Assembly (NCBI GenBank): GCA_001600695.1
Contig: BCKQ01000003.1
Span: 1,639,547-1,703,546, forward strand
Source: Ascoidea asiatica JCM 7603
Taxonomy: Eukaryota > Fungi > Ascomycota
Length of the DNA: 64,000 nucleotides
Reading direction: 5' to 3'
Of this stretch, positions 46,985-56,527 are shown one piece after another. How positions within the stretch are numbered: the first letter of the stretch is position 1; every line of letters begins with the position of its first letter. Under the pieces are notes generated by a model that had not been told where the DNA came from, ran no database searches, and worked only from the letters and a program-made list of their open reading frames with translations. The position numbers and the translations under genes are program-made.

Positions 46985-48355
46985 TCACTTTTCTTCTATT
47001 ATGATTTTTTGAGTATGTAAACTCTCTTTCTGACATACCCAATATTCACATTTATAAATCCAATCAGCCAAATTTTTATTTTCATTAATTCCACTATTTC
47101 CATATGTTGATTCAATATTATTTTCATATTCAATAAATTTAAATTTCATTTTTTTGATTAATTCAATTAAATCATCTCTAGATAATTCTAGTCCTTTCAT
47201 CGGTATCTGTTTCATTTCAATTTCAATATCTTTTTCATTATTATAATCATAGTTATTATTATCATTAGGAGAAATTAACATAATATCATCTTCTTGTTCA
47301 AAATGCCATAATAATGGACCAAAATTTATCCAATATCCGTTTTCTTTCAATGACCATTTTATACTTTTAATATATTCTATGATATTTGTTGAAGTATCTA
47401 AAAAAAAACATGTAATTATTACATCAAATTTTTCTCTATTAGAGTCTCTAAAAATTTTCGAATTTAAGTCATAAAGATTATAAAAGTCTGAATTTTTTAT
47501 CCCTTGATTTGGCCCATATAAATCAATAAATGAACCTGAACAAACTGACATTAATTCTTCAACACTTGTATTACAACTATCATTGTGATTTTTATTATGA
47601 TTATTACGATTATTGTTATCTTTGATGTTTTGTAATTTCTCTTTTATTTTTAACAATTCATCTGTTGGGTTTATATCCGGAATGTATACGGGCCATAATT
47701 GATATTTCCTGGATATTTGATGGGAAAATTTATGTATAAATGGAAATATTTGAAATTCATTAGTAGAGTAAGTATAATTCAACAAATAATTAGAAACTAA
47801 TAACATATAATATGAAAATTCATTTCCTTGGCATTTAAACCCCATTTTAATAATTTCAATTATCAATCTACCTAAACCAACCCCAGGAATCAAAACATTT
47901 ATTTTAGATCTTTCATTAAACCTTAAATCTTTATATTTCTGATCCAAAAATTTTAGGATCTTATCAAATGATTTCTTTCTTTCATTAATTGAATTATCAG
48001 ACCATTCTCTATCCAATTGTAATAATAATGCTTTTATTTTCTCAAAATTGATAACCTTAGCCTGAGCCCATAAGGAGGGATCTAATGGAGCTCCCCACTC
48101 TTCAGCTACTTTTGATACAACAGTCTTAAAGAAAAGTTCGTTTTTGCCAATGCAAAAATTCAAATCAATCAAATGCTGCTGAAACCAAGGAAGTAACTCT
48201 TGATCCTCTTTGGATAAGGAGTTAAATTTGATAACTCTCGGAGTTATGATTTCTTCTCTGGCCCAATCACCATAATTCCAAAATGTTGATAAAACAGAAC
48301 TTAAAGCTTTGTATTCTTCATCCTGCTTATTCTCTACACTTTTATCTTTCTCCAT
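46985..48355 (-). CDS. Carnosine N-methyltransferase family (CARNMT1/YNL092W-like, N2227 domain)
   Basis: QLDREWS, SAM motif VLIPGVGLGRL, CQGNEFSYYML, IFPFIH, TCFFLDT, WINFGPLLWHF, GLELS. Confidence 0.9.
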   Translation of the reverse strand: MEKDKSVENKQDEEYKALSSVLSTFWNYGDWAREEIITPRVIKFNSLSKEDQELLPWFQQHLIDLNFCIGKNELFFKTVVSKVAEEWGAPLDPSLWAQAKVINFEKIKALLLQLDREWSDNSINERKKSFDKILKFLDQKYKDLRFNERSKINVLIPGVGLGRLIIEIIKMGFKCQGNEFSYYMLLVSNYLLNYTYSTNEFQIFPFIHKFSHQISRKYQLWPVYIPDINPTDELLKIKEKLQNIKDNNNRNNHNKNHNDSCNTSVEELMSVCSGSFIDLYGPNQGIKNSDFYNLYDLNSKIFRDSNREKFDVIITCFFLDTSTNIIEYIKSIKWSLKENGYWINFGPLLWHFEQEDDIMLISPNDNNNYDYNNEKDIEIEMKQIPMKGLELSRDDLIELIKKMKFKFIEYENNIESTYGNSGINENKNLADWIYKCEYWVCQKESLHTQKIIIEEK

Positions 48356-48758
48356 ATATGTAATATCCTATAAATTTATAGCTATGCTCAATTTTTCTTT
48401 TTCTTTCTTTTTTTTCTCTGTTGAGATGAATATATTTATTTTGGAAATGATTTGAAGAAAGTTAATAATAATACCAGAAAGAAGCGTTATTGAATACTAA
48501 ACAAGCAATAAGGGACTTTCTTGCATTTTAAACCCGTGTAAGTGGCGACAAAGGGTCGTGTGACATTGCCTTTTACTAAATAACCTTACAGAATATTACT
48601 GCAAAACACCTTATTTAGATACAAAATTAACAATCGAGAAATAACCACCGGCAAATAACTAAAAGATGTAGCCAAAAGATTTACTGAAAGAACATAATTA
48701 GAGTAATAAACTAATAGCAAGAACTGAAACGATCGAAAAATCAATTGATTCAAACATT

Positions 48759-50492
48759 ATGGAGTGTTTATCACAGTTTTTAGCAGGCATATATCTCAAG
48801 GATAGTCGTTTTAGTTGGCAGGATGTAAAATCAGAGATAATAGAAGAACAAGAAAATTGTCTGGAGCAAGAAGACAATGAGAAAATTCTAATTGAGAATA
48901 TCGACAGTTTTTATGAGTCTTCAGTGAATTTGAGTGGCTTTTTATTTACACTAGATGAGTTTAAGATTTATTCAAAGGAGGAGATCAAAGAGTATCCGAT
49001 ATATAAGAGCCTCGAGAAAGATCAGGATAAAGCTGATGATGAATTAACTGACTACGATGCGTTGGAGAGTAGCAGTTCCTCAATTGAAGAAGAAGAAGAA
49101 ATATCATCTAAGGAAAATCTAAAGGAACAAGAAGAAGATAAAACGCCGTTTACATCTAATGAATATCCGAGCTCATTTTTAGATAAATTGTTCAATTTGA
49201 ATGCTTTACAGTACTTATCTTCCAGTGATTCCTTTCGGTTCACCAATGGGGTGATGCAGTTTATAAAACATTATCTTTCAATCAGGCCAAGTTCCTGTTT
49301 CCTTTATCAAAATGAGCTTCTTTCACTTCCTTTGTCTAAGAAAACCAGTCATCTTATTTATTTATCATATGATGGAACCAAAACCGGTTACATGCTTTCC
49401 TTAGATCTAAAAAGAATATACATAAACTTAACGACTCTTATGCTATTTGCACGATTTCCAGTAAGTTCAGAAAGCTTGATTCTATTCTCGGATATGATAA
49501 TTTTACTCACCACCCAGACAGAAAGTTTATTTATGTTTGGCAATCCAAGTTCCTCTATACAGAACGAACTCAGGCAATATTTAGTGGAATTGTCCTATTT
49601 AAATTTATTATATAATTCAGATATAATAAACTTTGAATCAAGAGACATACTATTAGGGTTTGTCATGGATAAATTTGGTTGTTTAAATCTTCAAGATAAA
49701 ACTAATTCTGATCAGGGTTACAAGAATGAATTCAAATTTAGCTTTTTCAAAAATAAGAAAAATTATTCCTTTGACGAAATCCTGATTGAATTGAAGTCGG
49801 AAAAAGAGAAAGTATTTGATTTAACCAGCATTCAAAATAGCTTGATCAAGTTCTCATATTTTCTTTATAATGCTTTCATGAGTCAAGTCTCAGATCCAGA
49901 AAATATTTTCTTAAATACAGCTTTAAAACAATGTTTAAGCAGAAATGTAGAGCTTTCAGCCCAAATGAAAAAAAATGAGATGATATTGAAAGAAATCGAA
50001 GATAAAAAATCAAGTTTAATTAATCTCGAGTTATCCATCAATGAAAATGATATGAGAAAGTTAGAAATGTTGGAGGAACGATCGGTTTTGGAAGAGAAAA
50101 TAAGAGAATTGGAAATGGAATTTGCTGATTTGCTAACAGAGCATGAAATAGAGCTTGAAGCTCAGGCAGACAAGTACTCTTCATTTGGTGATATAGCTTA
50201 CGAAAACAGTTATGATGCATGTAAGCAGGAATTTACTCGAAAGGTGGAAGCTTTTGATGATAAGTTGGAGGAAGAGTTGCAAAATAGAAGAATAGAAACC
50301 GCAGAGAAGTTGAATGCTCTAGCGAAAGAGTTCGAAGAGACTCAAATCTCAAAAAATAAAGAACATGAGGAAAAGCTAAAGGAATTGGAAGAACAGCAAG
50401 CCAAAGCATCTGCAAAATACGATGAGTTGGAGAATATTAGATTTTCCTACACCCAAGAAACCTACGATTCTTTTGATGATTACTACTATTGA
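48759..50492 (+). CDS. Hypothetical protein with acidic N-terminus and long C-terminal coiled coil
   Basis: Uninterrupted 577-codon ATG ORF with E/K/L heptad-like last ~190 aa. No family was recognised. Confidence 0.7.
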   Translation: MECLSQFLAGIYLKDSRFSWQDVKSEIIEEQENCLEQEDNEKILIENIDSFYESSVNLSGFLFTLDEFKIYSKEEIKEYPIYKSLEKDQDKADDELTDYDALESSSSSIEEEEEISSKENLKEQEEDKTPFTSNEYPSSFLDKLFNLNALQYLSSSDSFRFTNGVMQFIKHYLSIRPSSCFLYQNELLSLPLSKKTSHLIYLSYDGTKTGYMLSLDLKRIYINLTTLMLFARFPVSSESLILFSDMIILLTTQTESLFMFGNPSSSIQNELRQYLVELSYLNLLYNSDIINFESRDILLGFVMDKFGCLNLQDKTNSDQGYKNEFKFSFFKNKKNYSFDEILIELKSEKEKVFDLTSIQNSLIKFSYFLYNAFMSQVSDPENIFLNTALKQCLSRNVELSAQMKKNEMILKEIEDKKSSLINLELSINENDMRKLEMLEERSVLEEKIRELEMEFADLLTEHEIELEAQADKYSSFGDIAYENSYDACKQEFTRKVEAFDDKLEEELQNRRIETAEKLNALAKEFEETQISKNKEHEEKLKELEEQQAKASAKYDELENIRFSYTQETYDSFDDYYY

Positions 50493-51443
50493 TAATCAAA
50501 TTGAACGAAGTTCAAGTGAAGGAACTTAGCCAATATTGAATAGCGCCATAATTCTTTTATGTTTTTTTGGAAACTGAAATGTTGGGTTATTTTGAAGACG
50601 ATGTTTTTGGGCGATTTTGAACAGTAAGAATATCATTATTTATAAATTTTAAAGACCTAGAAATTACAATAATTTATTTCAAGAGAATCCAAACTTTTGG
50701 TTAAAGAAGTTCTACTCATTGTTGTAGTAAAGGACATGAGAAGTTAAGAATCTAAATTTGAGAAATCAAACCAATACTCTATGTATGCTTTGCTAATGTT
50801 TTTAATTATTGAATTAAAAATTGCAAAGGAAAAGTTTCAACTTGGCCAACTTTTCGAAATAATGATGCACAACACATAATTGATGAATTCCATTATTTTA
50901 TATATAATTTTTTATCTTTTGTTTTCATTTGAACCTTTAGGATTCTACGAGTGAAAGAATTGAATGCATAATGTATTTGTTTGTAAGATATTCTATACAA
51001 AAAAAGACATATCATTAGATTATTCATTGCACATACAGAATATATATAATTTTTCCTCTAAATATAGTTTAATCTGCAAATCGAAGAACTTTTGGGGAAC
51101 AGAAAGCAAATAATAATTAAAATGAAAGATAATCTTGAAAATGCAGCGTAGAAGAGTGGTTTTTGGTCCAAAACTTTGTGTGCTGCCCTGGTTAGGAGAC
51201 ATTTTCAATAAAACTAGGACAACCCGCTTCAATGCCCCGCAATGCGATTGATTTTCTCCAGAATTTCAAAAACAAAGAACAATACAAGCGAGTTCGAATT
51301 TACAATAGGGAAAGAATGAAGATTCATTCAAGAAACATGAAAACTAGAGGGATTATTAAATGAAAGGGCAGGATTGTATAATAAATATTAGGAAGATTGT
51401 TATAATTGCTTTTTAGTGGTGTGAAATAATTAATTGATACACA

Positions 51444-53192
51444 ATGATAGATGAACCAAAGTTGTTTGATACCTTGGGAAAGAATCCGAACTTCATGGAA
51501 CCAATCAAGCGAATCCATGATCAAATAGGAACCAACTACTTCCAAAGCTCAATTGCAATATTCAATTTGAAGAAGATACTAAATAGAGTTGTGGAATTGA
51601 TTGTTTTGGAAAATACCAGTTCAACGAGTCTATCCAGTGAATGTCCTCCGGGAGCATTTGATCTGAGAATCGTGAGTTTCGAGAAGGAGGTAAATCAAAA
51701 TACTGCAACATTATCTAAACCGAAATTGTTAATCAAGGGAAACTACATTAATCAGGACAAGTCCAAGAGTGATAAAGAAGCTGTTAATGATTTAATTGGA
51801 TTATTGAATGAAATAAACTCAATCATTGATGAAGTGCCACCTTTGAAAGGACCAAGACGGTATGGTAATTTGGCAGACAGGGAATTTCATAGAATATTTG
51901 AAAGTAGAATAGAAGAATTGTTGAAGAAATACATGATAGACAAGTATTATAATGGACCTAAAGCGGAGATGTTCATGAAGGAAATCAAGTTTTATATATT
52001 GAATTCATTTGGATCTAAAATTCGATTAGATTATGGAACGGGCCATGAATTGAATTTCCTAGCCTTTTTAGGTGCATTATGGATGAGTGATATCTTGGTT
52101 AATATGAAGGGAATTGATTTTATTTTTATATTCTGTAGATACTATGATGTGGTTAGAAAATTGATTTTGAATTACACATTAGAGCCTGCAGGAAGTCATG
52201 GAGTCTGGGGGCTAGATGATCATTTTCATTTATCGTACATCCTAGGAGCAGCTCAGTTTTTTTATCCGAGGAATGGCAGCATGGATGATGCAGTATTCAA
52301 GAAGCCGTTAGCAGTGAAGAAAGATGCAACACTATTAGAGACGAGTACTAGTGATTTTAAGACTAATAGGATTCCTAAGGCTTTTGAGGTTCCAGTTACT
52401 TCCAGTTTTTTGGATTTGAGAGAATTGGAGAAGTATCAGGTGAAGAATATATTTTTCAACTCAGTTTCCTTTATCATCAAGGTAAAGCGAGGGAAATTCT
52501 GGGAGCATTCCCCATTGTTGTATGATATATCAGGAATTAAGACATGGGAGAAGATATTGAAAGGATTAATGAAAATGTATAATGAAGAGGTTCTAGATAA
52601 GTTTCCTGTGATACAGCATTTTTACTTTGGGGGAGTATTTTATCCATGGATTAATATGAGAAGTGGAGTAATTCTACCAGAGAATATTCCTGATGAAATG
52701 ATAAACAAGAAAAACAAGGAGGATAAATTGGTGGAAGAGAAGTTTAAGGCCAATAAGCATAATAAAGTGAATAAAATGAACCATAAAGAAGGATCTGGGA
52801 GCTCACGTTTGGACTTCAATCCTGTCACGGTCTTGGATAAGTCAGATGAAAGTGGTAATGGTAATAGTTACAGCAACATAACAAAGCTTTCAAACAATGA
52901 AGATTTAAGTCACTTGATGAACTGTCATAAGAGTAAGAGGACGATGAACAATATTATGGAGAGCACCAGTTTACCTTCAATATTCAGACAAAGAGAGGCA
53001 GTGCAACGAAAGTCTAGAATGAAGAATGATATTGAGAATCGAGGTGGGAACAGAGTTGCTAATGAAGGACGAAATGGATCGAGAATATCACGGATAGCAC
53101 CAAGAGGAGGAGCTAAACAAGAAGAAGAAGAAATTGGTGGTGGAAGAGAAGTTGACTTTGAGAGTGGAACCAAAGCACCCTGGAGTAAATAG
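51444..53192 (+). CDS. RRD1: PP2A phosphatase activator (PTPA) Rrd1/Ypa1
   Basis: PIKRI, GPRRYGNLA, FGSKIRLDYGTGHELNF, YTLEPAGSHGVWGLDDHF, EHSPLLYDIS, KMYNEEVLDKFPVIQHF, and C-terminal TKAPW. Confidence 0.9.
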   Translation: MIDEPKLFDTLGKNPNFMEPIKRIHDQIGTNYFQSSIAIFNLKKILNRVVELIVLENTSSTSLSSECPPGAFDLRIVSFEKEVNQNTATLSKPKLLIKGNYINQDKSKSDKEAVNDLIGLLNEINSIIDEVPPLKGPRRYGNLADREFHRIFESRIEELLKKYMIDKYYNGPKAEMFMKEIKFYILNSFGSKIRLDYGTGHELNFLAFLGALWMSDILVNMKGIDFIFIFCRYYDVVRKLILNYTLEPAGSHGVWGLDDHFHLSYILGAAQFFYPRNGSMDDAVFKKPLAVKKDATLLETSTSDFKTNRIPKAFEVPVTSSFLDLRELEKYQVKNIFFNSVSFIIKVKRGKFWEHSPLLYDISGIKTWEKILKGLMKMYNEEVLDKFPVIQHFYFGGVFYPWINMRSGVILPENIPDEMINKKNKEDKLVEEKFKANKHNKVNKMNHKEGSGSSRLDFNPVTVLDKSDESGNGNSYSNITKLSNNEDLSHLMNCHKSKRTMNNIMESTSLPSIFRQREAVQRKSRMKNDIENRGGNRVANEGRNGSRISRIAPRGGAKQEEEEIGGGREVDFESGTKAPWSK

Positions 53193-54592
53193 AGTAGAAT
53201 GAATTGCAATTGAAAGTTAAATTATAATTATTTGATGATTGAATGAAATAATGTAATTATTGTAGTGTTAGTGTTAGTGTTAGTGTTAGCCGATAGACGT
53301 TATTTGATAGCGGATATGGTTCTGTTGGATTTGAAAATCGGGCCAGTAGAAAGATCGGGTCAGTTGAGAAGGTTGTAGGATGAACCCGATAACTGCCCTA
53401 TTTTATCCTGTTTTTTGTCCTAGAAATAATTATTGCGTGGTGTTTTTTGACTCTCACGCAAAATTCACGCCGCACGACTAGTTGCATGCGCCACTGGATT
53501 TTCCCGGTAAGTGTCTTGGTACGTATTGCCCGATGGGGTAATTCATTTTTAGGAGCATGCCCAGAGTTAGTGGTAGCATGTGACTTGTAGAGTCTTGATT
53601 GTATCAACTGGCGACAGAAAACTGGAGTAGCAATTTATTGTATGGTAAAATATATCTCAAAGAATGATAGCGCAAAATAAAATGAATTAATATTCAAGAT
53701 AACAAATTGTTGGAATCATTTTCTTCACAGAGCAGTTTTTTGGTGTTTTAAATCATTAAATTACAAACGGAAACCGTTTTTAATAGGTCTGAGTATAAAC
53801 ACTTCTTAAAGACATTCCATTTTGTTATTTGATCTATTCAGATCAGCAAAAAAACTCCTCCCAGAAATAGTGCTGAATACTTTGGTACCGTGGTTATTAA
53901 GTTAACCAACAATTGCAACCCTAATTATAAAGCTTATTTTTGAGTAAAGGAGAGAAAGAAAACAATGAAATTTTAAAAGAGTCAATAAATTAATTGCAAA
54001 ACTAAATCCCTTCAGCTATTGTTAAAAAACTGCAGAAAAACTATCGAAAAAAATAATCAATATTTATTAATGTAAAATGTCCTAAATATTATAGAAAGCG
54101 AATAGCTCCTTTGAAACGTTAAAGGAGTCTAACTATTCATGAAACATATTTGATATCTATCATTTCGCCTAAATCATAAAAGAGTATAAAAAAAGTAAGA
54201 TCAGAGCAAAGCTGAAAAAAAAAAGAAAATATGATACAGTATAAACCTATAAGATTACTTATACTGGGAATTATAAGATAGTTGAAAAAAAAAATGATAT
54301 TGAAAGTTTCCAAAAATTTGACAAGAGCCAATCATGCTTCTTTCAATTATTAAAATTACATGGCAACCAGAATAATAAACAAATATCTGCAATAGATAAA
54401 CAGACAGAAAAAAACAGAAATCCAATAGAATGTAAACCAAAAACTATCTTACCAAATGACAAAAGCTTATATAGCAATGTTACTTAATAGAAGATAATTA
54501 TATAAAAAAAGAGCGAAGTTATTAACGAAAAATGAATAAATTTTTTTGAAAAAAGAGAGCATGGACAAAGAAAATCAAGTTACTTATTTCTT

Positions 54593-56527
54593 TCAATGTT
54601 TAAGCAATGACTCTATTAAAGATTCTAGTTTATTAGGTTTTGTAAAGGAGCTGAATCTTTCAACTACTCTACCTTCACGATCAATTAAAAATTTTTCAAA
54701 ATCTCGCTTTATAACTTTGAGACCCATTACCCCCTTTTTTTGATCTTTTAACCAAGCAAAAAATTCTAGTTGATTTTTACCATTCACTTGACAACTTTTC
54801 ATTATTGGATATTTAATTTTCTTATTTTGTCTAAAATTATTAAAAGCTGAATTTGATCTTGATTTAGGACTTGAATTTAAATTTGAATTAAGAACTGAAT
54901 TCTCATTGAATTGATCAGTTGGAAAAGCTAAAATTTCAAACCCAAGATGATTGAATTTTTCATAAAGACGATCTAATTGATCAAAATGATGATTACTTGT
55001 TGTTAAACTACCAATATTTGAAATATTAATAACAAGTACAACTTTATCCTCTAAATATCTTAAAGGTAACATTTCCCCATTATTTCTAATTAAATTGAAA
55101 TCATAAAATATTGTACTTTTGTTTATTATTGAATCCGATATTGAATTAGATGAATAGGATCTAGGTATTGAAAAAGAACTACTAGCACCAGAACTTGTTA
55201 TAGATAGACGAGAACTATGAGTATTAAATTTTAGAGATTGAATTTTTTTTCTCATTCCACTTGGAGAATTTATTGAATAAATCTCTTTATCACTATTTGA
55301 AAGTAAATCCAGCTCTGAAGCTGATAATGAAATATCAGAAATTGAAGATTTTCGTGAACTGGAAATTGAAGGAGAATAATTACTGCCAGATATACTCATA
55401 CTTGTATGAGATTTTGATGATCTAACTGATCTTGAATAAGATATAAAAGATTTTGGCATCATTTTTTTAATCATTGATCCTGTTGATTTAGAATTTGAAC
55501 TGTGATGAGAAGTTGAATTTGAATTAATTGGAGAATTTGTCACTATAAAATCTTCATTACTTGTTACACTATTCATTGAACTTACTATTGTATCATTTGA
55601 AAATTTTTTATAAGAATTTGTCATGCTATTTGCTGATGAAACCATTTCTGTAGAAGAAGAAGAATTATTATCTTCTGAGTTAAAACAAGTATTATTATCA
55701 TTACTACGAGCTAAAGGACCATTTGGATTAATTATTTCATCAGGTTGATTTGGCGCCATTATAACTGTTGTTAATGAATTCATATCTGCAGAATCTATAG
55801 TTGTTAAAAAATTTGGTTGAGGTGGAAAACTATCATTGATATTAATGCTATTTAAATCATTATTAGAAGATAAACTTGATAGTGAGCTTGAATTTGACAG
55901 TTGCAATGGTTCTCCAATATTTTCATCAGAAGAGTCATTAATGGTTTTTAAATTTGATAATTCTTCAGTTTTGTTGCTTTGATTATCATCTTTATTATCA
56001 TTGGTGGTAGTGGTATTATTATCATTGTTTGTAATATTATCTTCAAAATCAGAATCATATGAATGTTTATCAGCTACATTAGATGAATCTTCTGAATCAT
56101 AATCTATATCATAATTATGATTAAAGTTATAATAATCAGTTTCTTCATAAATATAACTGTAAGATCTTGAATGCTGACTTTCTTGTTTTGGAGTTTCTAA
56201 AGGATTAGCTTGTTTATCATTTTCATTATTTTGTATATTATTTTCTAAATTATCTACAGTATTTAAATTATTCAAATCATCTGTGAATAAAGTAAATTTT
56301 GTTGTTATTAAAGCAGAATCTTTATCAGAGCTTATATTGTTTGCTTTTTTAAAAGAGAAATTATTTTTTTTAATTTTTCTTGAATTTGAATTGGAATTTG
56401 AAGATTGAAAGATTCTTGTATTAAATATTGGAATTGATGATTGTTGTGAAGAATTTTTTTTATTTATTATAGAATTTGAAGGTGAAGATGATGAGGAAGA
56501 TTTTATAGGAGAGTCTTGTTTATACAT
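54593..56527 (-). CDS. Ser/Asn-rich protein with C-terminal degenerate GPx domain, paralogue 4
   Basis: IFYDFNL...DKVVLVINISNIGS, GFEILAFPTDQF, YPIMKSCQVNG, GVMGLKVIKRDFEKFLIDREGRVVERFSSFTKP. The peroxidatic Cys and the WN pair are both absent. Confidence 0.87.
   Translation of the reverse strand: MYKQDSPIKSSSSSSPSNSIINKKNSSQQSSIPIFNTRIFQSSNSNSNSRKIKKNNFSFKKANNISSDKDSALITTKFTLFTDDLNNLNTVDNLENNIQNNENDKQANPLETPKQESQHSRSYSYIYEETDYYNFNHNYDIDYDSEDSSNVADKHSYDSDFEDNITNNDNNTTTTNDNKDDNQSNKTEELSNLKTINDSSDENIGEPLQLSNSSSLSSLSSNNDLNSININDSFPPQPNFLTTIDSADMNSLTTVIMAPNQPDEIINPNGPLARSNDNNTCFNSEDNNSSSSTEMVSSANSMTNSYKKFSNDTIVSSMNSVTSNEDFIVTNSPINSNSTSHHSSNSKSTGSMIKKMMPKSFISYSRSVRSSKSHTSMSISGSNYSPSISSSRKSSISDISLSASELDLLSNSDKEIYSINSPSGMRKKIQSLKFNTHSSRLSITSSGASSSFSIPRSYSSNSISDSIINKSTIFYDFNLIRNNGEMLPLRYLEDKVVLVINISNIGSLTTSNHHFDQLDRLYEKFNHLGFEILAFPTDQFNENSVLNSNLNSSPKSRSNSAFNNFRQNKKIKYPIMKSCQVNGKNQLEFFAWLKDQKKGVMGLKVIKRDFEKFLIDREGRVVERFSSFTKPNKLESLIESLLKH

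Noticed and set aside
48567-48580. U5 snRNA loop I-like TGCCTTTTACT
   Set aside because: The flanks do not form the required stem and no Sm site is suitably placed. It lies in a short divergent promoter.
53455-53515. U1 snRNA-like ACTTACC on the minus strand
   Set aside because: The 5' end is not ATACTTACCT, there is no U1-70K loop, and the Sm-like sequence is too close.
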